Assembly: GCA_038225555.1 (NCBI GenBank)
Contig: JBBRRB010000020.1
Coordinates: forward strand, 10,966-74,965
From: Bryobacterales bacterium
Lineage (GTDB): Bacteria; Acidobacteriota; Terriglobia; Bryobacterales; Bryobacteraceae
Direction: 5' to 3'
DNA length: 64,000 nucleotides
Shown: positions 18,177 through 27,784 of the stretch, piece by piece
How the letters are laid out: each line of letters opens with the position of its first letter
Numbering within the stretch: the first letter of the stretch is position 1
Position numbers and translations under genes: made by a program
Notes under the pieces: generated by a model
What the model was told of the DNA's origin: nothing
What the model saw: the letters and a program-made list of their open reading frames with translations, nothing else
Database searches by the model: none

Positions 18177-20429
18177 CTACTCGCGCCGCATCCGGTGTGT
18201 TGCTACAGCTACGGCCGGGACACGTGCACTGATTGCCGCAACAATCTGCTCTCCCACGGACTCGGCGGTCCTCAACCTTTCTCTGTTCGGATATTCAAAG
18301 TCTCTTCGTGCTGCCCTTGCAAGTGCCTGAACAAAGTCGTCATGATCAAGAGGATCGAAAAGAGCCGCGTCCGGAAGGATTTCTCTGGCACAACCCGCGT
18401 ACTTGGAACAAATCACGGGCACGTTGGCCCACAGAGCTTCGTTCACGACGAGACCCCACACGTCTTCCAGCGTCGGGAATACGAGACAATCCGCCTCGGC
18501 GTAGTAATCTAGGATTTCGTCTGGCGTCTTCAGGCCTGCAAAACGAACGCTTGCAATGCCGAGTTGGCTAGCGAGCGCCTCTAAGCGGAGCCTCTCCGGG
18601 CCGTCACCGACAATTGTCAATAGTACTTCACCGTTGTCCCGGCTTACCTCCGCGAACGCCCTAAGCAACTCACCTATGCCCTTGCGAGCTAAGAGTTGAC
18701 TAACGCATAGCAGCCGGACCGAACTTGGCGTAGAGGAGGTATGGCGAACGGATTTGTATCGCGCCTCATCAATGCAATTTTGAATTTGTATGATGGTTGC
18801 GCTCCGGACACCAAGACTCTCGAGATACTCAGTAGACGTCTGGCCATAACTGATCCAGCCTTTGACGATGTGCGCTAACGCTCGTCTCAATAGGCGGCGT
18901 CCGATGCTTCGGACGCGTTCGGTGTGGCATGTGCCACCCCACCATACCCAGACGGGAACGTGGAAGAGGAGACCATAGACCACTGCAATGCACGTCCGCA
19001 TTCCCATTTCATTGCTGATAATGATGCGCGGATTGCTCCTAATTAGATCGACAAGATATCCCGGCGTTATATGAAGGTATGACAAATCAAATACCTCGCC
19101 CTTCATCTGCCGTACTTTGCGAAATGTCCAGCCCCAAGAGCGCTTGGCTGGTATGGCGCCAACCCCGTCCGCCCACGCTCCGCGGTTGTCTTCCTTTCCA
19201 GCTATGAACACCCGCAATTCGAAGTTCTTAGCAATCTGTCGATACACGGGCAGACGGTAAGGAGCGACGATGTTCGTCAAAAGGGCGAGCCGCGCCCTTG
19301 GTTGCTGACAGATTGTCTTTTCGAGGGCAGAGGTAATCATATCGGCTACGCGTTCCGGATTGAGAGCCATCGCAGCGGCGCGAGCCTCCAGTCGCATTTC
19401 GTCGAGCCGGTCTCGCGGAGTTTGGAGTGCCCGGTCTATCGCGTCCATCATTTCCGCCTGTTTGTCCGGACGAAAGCACCAGCCAGTGCTGCCTTCTTTA
19501 ACGAGTTCTTCAACGGCTTGGCTGTAAAGGCTCCCAAGCACTGGGACACCAGAGGCCATCGCCTCATTAACTACGAGGCCCCATGTGTCGGCCCATGTCG
19601 GAAGTATCAGGATCCCCGCACGCGCATAGAATGCGACCGTATCCTCGTAAGACACATTTCCATGAAATTTTATAAGGAGGTTTTTATTCGCCGAAAATTT
19701 CTCGAGCGATGTGCGAAGCGGCCCGTCGCCTACCAAGTCTAGGGTTACTGATCTGTCGGGATGTGTCCCGGCCCATTCGTTAAGGGCGGAAAGGAATGGG
19801 CGCAACCCCTTCCGCTCGATCAACTGACCTACGAATAGGAGAGAGTGCGACAGGGCCGGAGGCCGGGTTGCCGGACACCGGCTAAACAAGGCGGTTTCAA
19901 TCGCGTATGGAATTTCACAGATTCTATGGCGCGGGATGCCGAGTTTGCGCAGGTAGCGCCCACCGCTACAGCCGTTTGTGATGAATAGATCGACTGAATG
20001 CTGGATTAAGAAACGGGCCACATGGCGCAACCATCCCCGCCCGTGTTCGGTGGACTCAGCAACGTCAGCCCACACGAGGAGAGCCGTGCGCCTATTCAGC
20101 AATCTATATAAAGAGGCTAGCAACGTGCGAGCGCCCATTTCGACCGAAATAATAACCTCCGGGCGAAATCGTTGGAGGTCTCGAACGGTGTTCATCGGGA
20201 CATGAACGAACAATCGCTCTTCGAAGCCCCTCGGATGGCGCCAAAGGCCCGGCAGCGTCCAAGTCTTCTGAGCCACGACGTGCAGTCGCGTACTCGGCGC
20301 GCTCCACGGCCGGTTAGGTTCCATGCTGGTCGAAACCATCACACAAAGGTTTGTCACACGCTCCGCCAACGCCTCCAATACGGGCGCTAGATACGGCGAG
20401 ATAAAGTTTGTGAGAAACGCTACACGCAT
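18177..20429 (-). CDS. Tandem-fused double GT4-like glycosyltransferase (750 aa)
   Basis: Two paralogous halves: MRVAFLTNFISPYLAPVLEAL / RLALLTNIVAPYRLPVYRQIA, and RPEVIISVEMGARTLLASLY / NPRIIISNEMGMRTCIAVVY. Each half ends in an E..G motif: PTWADTWGLVVNEAMASGVPV / PTLEDVWGLVVNEALWANVPV. Confidence 0.85.
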   Translation of the reverse strand: MRVAFLTNFISPYLAPVLEALAERVTNLCVMVSTSMEPNRPWSAPSTRLHVVAQKTWTLPGLWRHPRGFEERLFVHVPMNTVRDLQRFRPEVIISVEMGARTLLASLYRLLNRRTALLVWADVAESTEHGRGWLRHVARFLIQHSVDLFITNGCSGGRYLRKLGIPRHRICEIPYAIETALFSRCPATRPPALSHSLLFVGQLIERKGLRPFLSALNEWAGTHPDRSVTLDLVGDGPLRTSLEKFSANKNLLIKFHGNVSYEDTVAFYARAGILILPTWADTWGLVVNEAMASGVPVLGSLYSQAVEELVKEGSTGWCFRPDKQAEMMDAIDRALQTPRDRLDEMRLEARAAAMALNPERVADMITSALEKTICQQPRARLALLTNIVAPYRLPVYRQIAKNFELRVFIAGKEDNRGAWADGVGAIPAKRSWGWTFRKVRQMKGEVFDLSYLHITPGYLVDLIRSNPRIIISNEMGMRTCIAVVYGLLFHVPVWVWWGGTCHTERVRSIGRRLLRRALAHIVKGWISYGQTSTEYLESLGVRSATIIQIQNCIDEARYKSVRHTSSTPSSVRLLCVSQLLARKGIGELLRAFAEVSRDNGEVLLTIVGDGPERLRLEALASQLGIASVRFAGLKTPDEILDYYAEADCLVFPTLEDVWGLVVNEALWANVPVICSKYAGCAREILPDAALFDPLDHDDFVQALARAARRDFEYPNRERLRTAESVGEQIVAAISARVPAVAVATHRMRRE

Positions 20430-20795
20430 TCGAAGTCTCCAGAAGGTCGGTTAATCCCAACACGCAATTCTCAAAGTGTGTCGATGGTTCGGAGGGGGAT
20501 CTGCATTACGCCAAGTTCTTCCGATACCAATCGCGAATAAAGTGAACCCCTCGTGCCCCCTCTCGTTAGACCCGTGCGCTTCGTGGGAGTACCCTTCTTG
20601 GAACTGTTCGAAACCTCGCAATACAGCCTCTGTGCATTGAGGAACGGGACTCTGAATTGTCGATTTGAGTGCAAACACTATGCAGAACGGCACGGTTGGC
20701 AGTAGTGTCGACTTGGAAAAGTTCTTCTGAGGGTTCTTTTGTCAACTCGCCGACTCAAACCATTCGGATAAGCACTGCTCAATCGGGCGATATGA

Positions 20796-21623
20796 TTACA
20801 GGCCCACTAAGACCCTCAGGTACGGGATTGGCCAATACACCAGAGCGCGAATTCCTGCATTGGTCCATAAGAACCGCCACCAATCACCCGGAGGCAGTCC
20901 CTTTCGACCGATTAGCATCCGGAAGCGCTGCATTCGCGGCAGTTCACAATTCGACCAACTTTGAGCGACGGGGTTGGCAGCACACTCCGCTAAGAACCCG
21001 GGCGCGAGCAGTACTGGAATCCTTTGCCGCCGTGCATGCAAACCGTAGTCGGTGTCCCCGGTCGCATGGCTGAACGAACGGATGATGCCGAGCATCTGGA
21101 AGGCAGCCTTCGTTATGAGGATTAGATTGCCATTGAAGGTGTCACACATTTTGGTGAGGACCGGGTCCGGCCTAATCAGCGAAACCCTCGCCGGATGTCT
21201 ACCGAGCAGGGCCTGTCCGCCGTAGGTGTGCGTTCCGGTTCCAGCATCGCAGCATGAACCCACAACAACGCATTGCTGCTGCAATTCACTCTCCTTCGCC
21301 CTTAATAATGTCTGCAAGGATCCCGGATGCAAAAAAGTATCGTCGTTCAACCACAAATAACAATCGGGGGCCATTGCGAGCGCATGCTGCCAGGCCAGGC
21401 GCATCCCGCCACACCAGAATAGCGTCCCATCTCCCGTGATGACGGTTACTTCGGGATACATCTTACGAATTGCGTCACCAGTGCCGTCCGTACTGCCATC
21501 GTCGACCAGATAGACTGCCACGGCTAATTCGGGAACTACCTGAGCGAATAAATGCCCAAGGCACTTGAGTGTTCCTTCCTTGCGATTGTGACAAGTCATG
21601 AGGACGGCAACAGTAGTGTTCAT
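20796..21623 (-). CDS. Glycosyltransferase family 2
   Basis: VAVLMTCHNRKEGTLKCL..., VYLVDDGSTDGTGDAIRK, TGDGTLFWCGGMRLAW. The ATG at 21623 is preferred over the TTG at 21641. Confidence 0.85.
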   Translation of the reverse strand: MNTTVAVLMTCHNRKEGTLKCLGHLFAQVVPELAVAVYLVDDGSTDGTGDAIRKMYPEVTVITGDGTLFWCGGMRLAWQHALAMAPDCYLWLNDDTFLHPGSLQTLLRAKESELQQQCVVVGSCCDAGTGTHTYGGQALLGRHPARVSLIRPDPVLTKMCDTFNGNLILITKAAFQMLGIIRSFSHATGDTDYGLHARRQRIPVLLAPGFLAECAANPVAQSWSNCELPRMQRFRMLIGRKGLPPGDWWRFLWTNAGIRALVYWPIPYLRVLVGL

Positions 21624-21697
21624 TGGAAGTCCCCGTAGCAATAGACCGAAACAAGCTAGCGAGAGGTGCAGTTTATCGCGTGACGAAGCCTGTATTG

Positions 21698-23047
21698 CTA
21701 CCTAACTGATGACAATTGCGGCTCGCGCACCCGTGGGATAAGTTCGCAATCTCCGTGTCTGGTCTTTACGCGAATGGGTTTGATGGTTGAAACTGCCCAA
21801 GCCAATCCAAACACTCCGCCCAATGCAAGCGACCCATTGTAGGGTATGAAAAACGTAATCAGCGTCAAGAAGATAGATTGAAGAAGGACTCTTCCGACTT
21901 GATGGTCCCGGTCTATCCGGCGGTGGACACGAATCCATCCCCCGATTCCTCTGGCGACAATGAGAAGCCATGCCACAAAGAGAATCTCACCGAGTATCCC
22001 GTAGTAAGCGAAAGTAGCGACGTAGCGGTCGTGGATGTGTACCGACGCAAAACTAGCCTCCGATCCAAGGTCCCGTCCTGCTGGCGGGCCAATCCAAAGC
22101 TCCCCAACGCCACCGGAAAATGCACGATCGAAAACCTCATTGAACCCTTGCGTGCGCCACGTCCATGTGCTGTTATCGCCCAGGGCCTCTTCCACATTGG
22201 CGGCGATCAATGTCCAGGTGCCGTCCTTGAACTGTGGAACAATGGCAAAGCACATTAGAATTGTCGATATAGCCGCAATCGACGCTCCTAGCCAAAACGT
22301 TCTTGACAACCTTGTGGTTCGGAGAGCAAGCCACATTAAGCCGACGACGAGTGCCATCCATACGGTTCGGTGCTGCAAGAACAGGATTTCGATAGAGAAC
22401 GCTCCGGCCAGAATCAGTCCCCACCAACTGAAGCCGCGAGCTACCTGAAGGCTGAGCGCAGCCAGCAAGGCCTGCCCGAGTACCATCGCGTACTCGCTAT
22501 TCAATACGCGAGCAATTTCTCTAAAGTCATCGTCGCTAGCCGATGCAGGCGTGGGAAGCAGGTCGGCCCACCTGGAGGCAGCGAGCACCGCCAACGCCAG
22601 CCCTAGCAAGCCGAGCCATTTCGCCAAACGGACCCAGTTCAGCTGCAGATCTGCTCGAAGGAACATGATGGCTAGAGGAGGAATTATAAGATAGGCCAAG
22701 TCCCGGGTCCCGTTACCAGAGGGCTTCACGCCGAACTGAACCGCACCGCGGGCCATATTGACAACCATGAGAACGAATAGCGCGAGGAGCGGCCATGCCG
22801 AGCGTGGCGGCAACTTGCGAGCCCGCACTATAGTGAGTAAGCCGGCGCAGAGGAGGATCACACATGCAACATCTTCGGGATAGACGAAGACGCCGAGATC
22901 GAGACCCTGTTTACCAAGATCGAAACAATCCATCGCTATGGCAATCGCCAAACTGGCGATTGCCATAGCAGCGGTAAGTCGCCATAACAGAAGCCCAAGC
23001 GTAAGCAGCGCCGCGACGATGCCGACGTAATGAAGGAGAGATGCCAT
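21698..23047 (-). CDS. Polytopic membrane protein, putative O-antigen/EPS polymerase (Wzy-like)
   Basis: At least 10 hydrophobic segments with one larger loop. It sits among glycosyltransferases in a Wzx/Wzc/Wza locus. No diagnostic motif was recognised, so the function is inferred from context. Confidence 0.55.
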   Translation of the reverse strand: MASLLHYVGIVAALLTLGLLLWRLTAAMAIASLAIAIAMDCFDLGKQGLDLGVFVYPEDVACVILLCAGLLTIVRARKLPPRSAWPLLALFVLMVVNMARGAVQFGVKPSGNGTRDLAYLIIPPLAIMFLRADLQLNWVRLAKWLGLLGLALAVLAASRWADLLPTPASASDDDFREIARVLNSEYAMVLGQALLAALSLQVARGFSWWGLILAGAFSIEILFLQHRTVWMALVVGLMWLALRTTRLSRTFWLGASIAAISTILMCFAIVPQFKDGTWTLIAANVEEALGDNSTWTWRTQGFNEVFDRAFSGGVGELWIGPPAGRDLGSEASFASVHIHDRYVATFAYYGILGEILFVAWLLIVARGIGGWIRVHRRIDRDHQVGRVLLQSIFLTLITFFIPYNGSLALGGVFGLAWAVSTIKPIRVKTRHGDCELIPRVREPQLSSVR

Positions 23048-23259
23048 GAAATCCGTAACCCGAGCTCTGACTAGCTGTTAGCTACCCGTTTGTTTGCCTT
23101 GGAGTTTGATGTTTCGGAGCTGTTAGCGCCGGGTGAGAAATCGGCTACGGCGAGAGCCAACAGGCAGCCTCTTACGATGCCAGCTATGTCACGCGTATCG
23201 GAATCGCTGCTGCTTAGACTGAATTGCGACGTGGTGGCTTGTTGTCGTTTCTCATCGTT

Positions 23260-24438
23260 TCAAAAAAGAAGCTCTTCCGACGCCGTTTGCATGGAGATTT
23301 CAGACCGGACACCATTATAGAGATCGTAGTAGGCCTTGGCGCCAATTTCCACGCCGAACCTGGCCCGCATTGATGCGGCATTGGCCGATGAGCCTGCAGG
23401 GAAGTGCGCAAGTGCCAGCTCAATGGCCGCAGCTACAGCAGACGGTTCCGCTTGGACCCAGAACCCATCCGGCACGTGCGCCTTGAAGTCCCTTAGACCA
23501 GGAACGTCAGTTAAGACGAGTGGTAACCCGCACGCTGCCGCCTCAATTGCGGCATTGCCCAGTCCCTCTCGCAATGAAGGCATCACGAACACGTCGGCTG
23601 CCCATAGTACTGAGCGTGGATCGGCTGTGGCTCCTAAAAACGCGCAACGTTCTCCGACGCCCAGTTCGGTCGCAAGCGACCGCTCGCTCTCGCAAGGATC
23701 CTCCTCGCCGGCGTGCAAAAAGAGCCAGTCAGCGCGTCCCTTAAGTTGGAGCAACTTCAGAGCTCGAAGCAGAACGGTGTGGTTCTTCCACTCACTGCAA
23801 TTTCCTACGGTGGCGATTACCGATTGTCCCTCAAGGATGCCGTGGGCCCGGCGCGCTTCTGTTCTCTCCTGCGGCGAAGGGCGACGAAACAGAGCATCGT
23901 CATACCAATTTGAGATCATCACAGTACGATTCCAAAACAATCGCTCTTCGTTTTCAGCGACCGATTTCCCGATTGCAACCGCAATCGTGCCAAGCGATCG
24001 CAATCCCCGGCGCATAACGATTCGGGAGAGCCGCAACAGCCCTGTGAATGGGAACACACTGTGTATCGTGTGAACAATTCTATGAACTCCGGCAAGCCTG
24101 GCCGCCAAGCCGTAAAACACATGCGCCTGCTCCGTATGGATGTGAACCGCATCGAAGTGACCCAGGCGGATCAGGTCGCGCACTTGGTGGAAAAACGTGA
24201 ATTTCTTACCGAATGGGATGTGGAAGATTTCGAAGCCAGCCTCTCTTAGGCGGTTGGCATACGAACCCTCGGTTCGGCCTGTGGCCAGAATTGCGTGAGG
24301 CTTGGCGGCGAGAAACCATAATGGCGCCGCGATCCGAAGCATGACTTCCGCCCCGGAAGGCCGCAGCTCGCTCAAAATATGTAACACCCTGGGTGTGGTC
24401 CTCCCCGTCATTGTAGTTACCCCGTTGATTGCTGACAT
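23260..24438 (-). CDS. Glycosyltransferase family 4
   Basis: VLHILSELRPSGAEVML..., VHIHTEQAHV, VMPSLREGLGNAAIEAAACGLPLVLTDVPGLRD. Alternative ATG at 24411. Confidence 0.85.
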   Translation of the reverse strand: MSAINGVTTMTGRTTPRVLHILSELRPSGAEVMLRIAAPLWFLAAKPHAILATGRTEGSYANRLREAGFEIFHIPFGKKFTFFHQVRDLIRLGHFDAVHIHTEQAHVFYGLAARLAGVHRIVHTIHSVFPFTGLLRLSRIVMRRGLRSLGTIAVAIGKSVAENEERLFWNRTVMISNWYDDALFRRPSPQERTEARRAHGILEGQSVIATVGNCSEWKNHTVLLRALKLLQLKGRADWLFLHAGEEDPCESERSLATELGVGERCAFLGATADPRSVLWAADVFVMPSLREGLGNAAIEAAACGLPLVLTDVPGLRDFKAHVPDGFWVQAEPSAVAAAIELALAHFPAGSSANAASMRARFGVEIGAKAYYDLYNGVRSEISMQTASEELLF

Positions 24439-25721
24439 TCCTTCCAGTCCCGGATAATATCTCTGTAGAAGCGCAGGTGCATGTCGACCACCAGATCAGG
24501 ACTAAACCGGTTCGGTATCATTTGTTGGGCGTAAGAAACCATCGAGACTGCGCGGTCTCGGTCTCGGACCAGAGACAATGCTGCCTGAGCGATCGCGGCG
24601 GGGTTTTTTATGTCAACCAACACCCCGGCACGACCGTAATCTAATGTCCAAGGGACTGCGCCGCTGGCGCGTCCAGCGATAACCGGACAACCGGCCTGAA
24701 TGGCCTCACAAATCGAGATCCCATGGGTTTCAATCAGGGCGGGATGTAACCAGACGTCCACTTCGGCAGCCAAGGATTTCAGAAATGTCAGGTGTGGGAG
24801 GGCTCCCCTGAACTCGACTGAAGAATGAGGGGCTTTCATCTTCTGTGTATTCCATCCGCTTCCAAATACCAACAGCCGGCTGTCCGGCAGATCTTCCCGA
24901 AGGTGATTCATCGCGGAGATCGCAGCGCCAATATTCTTTAAGCGACCCGGACTTCCGTAGCACCCGAAGGTGATCCGGCCCGTTTTGGGAAACCCCGGCC
25001 GCACCGTCACTGTTTCCGGGAGTGGCGGAATCGCATTTGGGATCACCCGGATTTCTCCCGAGAAACCGTGGTGCAGTCTGAGATAAGATTCGACAAACGG
25101 CGATACAGCAATGATATGGCGAAATCGCTTCAGGATAGCCGTGGTGTTGGCTAGCCAGCGCAAAGTGGAGGCATGTGCCAAGGGCCCCCATCTCCAACAT
25201 GTACTCAGCCTGGCATGTTCCCAAGCCGCGTCGTGGATTGTGAGCACTTTCGGCCCGTCCCAGTCTGCAACGGCTCGGGCGGTCTCCAGGGTCCAATGCG
25301 CGTGAACAATACCAGGCCCGATTTTATGGAGGTGATCGAGTGCTATCTTGCGCTCCCTGGATAAACCATCCAGGATCCAAGCAACTCTGCCGCGCTTGCC
25401 ATATAAAATTGCGCTAAGAGGTTTAGAGCGAATGTGGAGGTCAGGGCCGTTCTCCAGTCCCCCTAACAAGGTGGTCAGCATTCCGCGGCTGCCAAATTCT
25501 TGAGCCAGGTTATGGATCGGGACTGCGGGAGGTCCGCTTAAAGTAGCAAGCGCGGCTCCGTGTTCACCACCTACCGCTGGCGCCATCGCTGCGGGATCGA
25601 AATGGCCGGCTAATACGATGTCGCCGTCAAAAGCGAGCGCTCGGTGTACTGGGCGCAGAGAGGCAGGTTTCGGTAGTACTTGATTCATCATGTCTTTCGG
25701 GTAGAGTGTTGTCGAAGACAT
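24417..25721 (-). CDS. Glycosyltransferase family 4-like
   Basis: C-terminal GT-B motif WLHPALIETHGISICEAIQAGCPVIAGRASGAVPWTLDYGRAGVLV. It starts immediately after the wzx stop (25722). Confidence 0.8.
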   Translation of the reverse strand: MSSTTLYPKDMMNQVLPKPASLRPVHRALAFDGDIVLAGHFDPAAMAPAVGGEHGAALATLSGPPAVPIHNLAQEFGSRGMLTTLLGGLENGPDLHIRSKPLSAILYGKRGRVAWILDGLSRERKIALDHLHKIGPGIVHAHWTLETARAVADWDGPKVLTIHDAAWEHARLSTCWRWGPLAHASTLRWLANTTAILKRFRHIIAVSPFVESYLRLHHGFSGEIRVIPNAIPPLPETVTVRPGFPKTGRITFGCYGSPGRLKNIGAAISAMNHLREDLPDSRLLVFGSGWNTQKMKAPHSSVEFRGALPHLTFLKSLAAEVDVWLHPALIETHGISICEAIQAGCPVIAGRASGAVPWTLDYGRAGVLVDIKNPAAIAQAALSLVRDRDRAVSMVSYAQQMIPNRFSPDLVVDMHLRFYRDIIRDWKECQQSTG

Positions 25722-27287
25722 TCAACCTTCCCACGCGACAATCGATTGGGGAGCGCATTTCGATTTTAGGAGGTCCGACCGAAGCGCTTGCTTCTTCGCA
25801 ATGTGTTCCAGGCGTTGCGCAAGTACGCGCGGTAAAGTGACCGTAGCAGGAGTTAAGAAACTCACCAACTGTGACGCGAGTAACCGGTGGCCAAAAACAC
25901 CGAGCATCAAAAATACGGTTGACGCTCCCACAACGGTTAGTAGAGCCAAGCGCCAGGCTGGCTGAACGGCGTAGTGTGTCCCGAGACAGTCGGTGGCGAA
26001 TGCGACACCGGCTGTCACCGTAGCCATAGCGACCGGCCCACCCAGAACCCTGAAGACGTCAATCCATCCGAGGGCCAACAGTCGAAGAGTCGGCAAGGTG
26101 GCGACACAAAACCGAATTCCATAGGCGAATAAGACCCCCCACGCTACGGCGGTGGCGGAATAACGGACCAACACACCGAACACCAAGGCCGCAAAGAACA
26201 GTGAAACAATTTGTGCGCGGAGTTCCCGTTTTACGTAGTTGGCCGCACCGAGGATCGGACCGGCAAGCGCCATAAGAGCGTGCAGTGTGACTGCGAGAGC
26301 AAAAGGGCGAAACAGCGGTGCGGCTGCGGCCCATTTTGGACCACATACGCCAAGAACGATTGTGGACGAGCATGCGGCCATGCTCCAGAACATCGGAAGG
26401 ATGATAATTGCAACCGCCGAAAGACACGATAAGTAGGCACGGCGCATCGTGTCGAGGCGACCGCCGGCACGACAACAGCTAGCGAATAGGACCTGCTGGC
26501 AGGTACTCACGATGCCAGCGGCAGGCACGTTCGCCAAGTCGAATGCGCGACTATACAAACCCAGGCTTGTGGAACCGAAGACTCTTCCTACTACAGTGTT
26601 ATCAAGATTGGTGATACTCCAGTTCACTATATTGCACGCGGTAATGGCAGTTCCAAAACGGAGCAGACTTAACCCCGGGCCGCTAAGCGTTGGCAATGCT
26701 GAGTGCCGAACACTAGCATAAACCTGAGCAGAATAAGATAAACTCTGTACCAACTGGGCGGCAACAAGGCTCCAAACCCCAGCTCCACAAAAAGCGGCGG
26801 GAACGCCGACGATGAGGAATCCGAGAATCGAGGATGATACCTGCGCCTTCTGGATCTTGCTAAACCATAACTTGCGTTTGAGCAGACCAGTGGATGTCTG
26901 CCCAAAGGCTTGCAGCACGAACAGCGGGGCGATTATGCGCATGATGCCGGGAAGAGCCGGGTCGTGGAACAGAAGCGCAACATAGGGGGCGAAGCAGATG
27001 ACCGCGATGGTCATCGTCAGTCCAATCAGCAACTGGATCGTGAACGCGAAACGTATCTGCACTTCCCTTAACTCTTTGGCTTGAACGAGGGCAGAACCGA
27101 ATCCAGCATCAGCTACCTGATTCGCCAGACCGAAAACCAGCGATGCAGCCGCGAGCTGGCCGAAGGGTTTCGGTCCGAGGATACGGGCCAGGATGATTCC
27201 TACAAAAAAACTGACCACGCTCCGCGTCATGAACCCCAGATATGTGGAGCGCAACGCCGACACGGCGCTTCTCTTCAGTTCACTCAC
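25722..27287 (-). CDS. wzx: Polysaccharide flippase (MOP superfamily, Wzx-type)
   Basis: About 12-14 TM segments. N-terminal pattern SALRSTYLGFMTRSVVSFFVGIILARILGPKPFGQLA typical of Polysacc_synt-type flippases. Confidence 0.85.
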   Translation of the reverse strand: MSELKRSAVSALRSTYLGFMTRSVVSFFVGIILARILGPKPFGQLAAASLVFGLANQVADAGFGSALVQAKELREVQIRFAFTIQLLIGLTMTIAVICFAPYVALLFHDPALPGIMRIIAPLFVLQAFGQTSTGLLKRKLWFSKIQKAQVSSSILGFLIVGVPAAFCGAGVWSLVAAQLVQSLSYSAQVYASVRHSALPTLSGPGLSLLRFGTAITACNIVNWSITNLDNTVVGRVFGSTSLGLYSRAFDLANVPAAGIVSTCQQVLFASCCRAGGRLDTMRRAYLSCLSAVAIIILPMFWSMAACSSTIVLGVCGPKWAAAAPLFRPFALAVTLHALMALAGPILGAANYVKRELRAQIVSLFFAALVFGVLVRYSATAVAWGVLFAYGIRFCVATLPTLRLLALGWIDVFRVLGGPVAMATVTAGVAFATDCLGTHYAVQPAWRLALLTVVGASTVFLMLGVFGHRLLASQLVSFLTPATVTLPRVLAQRLEHIAKKQALRSDLLKSKCAPQSIVAWEG

Positions 27288-27573
27288 AAGATTCAGTTAA
27301 CCGACAATGGGGCCACAGAGCCGTTGCATTCATGATTCGAATCGCTACAACCGGTTGAGGATTACTCAGATCCATCGTCAACTTGCACCTTTCAAATAAC
27401 GGCGGGCCGTTGTCCGCCCATTTTCCATCGACGCTGACGACGGAATCCGGGCCGAATTCCTTCCACGCACACAGCCAGGTATCAATGCCGCAGCCGACGT
27501 CCACGATGCGCTTTGGAGAGAAAGGACCTCGTCGACAACCGACAACGCAGCCTGAGACTAATCCGCGTACGTG
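27280..27573 (-). pseudogene. Remnant of a class I SAM-dependent methyltransferase (motif I only)
   Basis: ...PKRIVDVGCGIDTWLCAWKEFGPDSVVSVDG... is followed by only about 40 more codons. There is no ATG; the open frame starts after a stop at 27574-27576. Its end overlaps the wzx start. Confidence 0.35.
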
Positions 27574-27784
27574 TTATAAAACTGTTCGTATGTATAACCG
27601 GTTTTCTAAATGCATGTCTGTATTAGTCTTGCCATTGCGATCGGTTGGATCGCAGTACTTGATCGTTGCCCCCAGCTTGCGCAAGACTTGAAGCTTGCAG
27701 ATGAAACTGCGGTACGTTCCGCGAGCGATCTATCAATCCGCGAATAATCGCGCGTCGGTCTGGGATCCCTTTTGGGTTTGGGAG

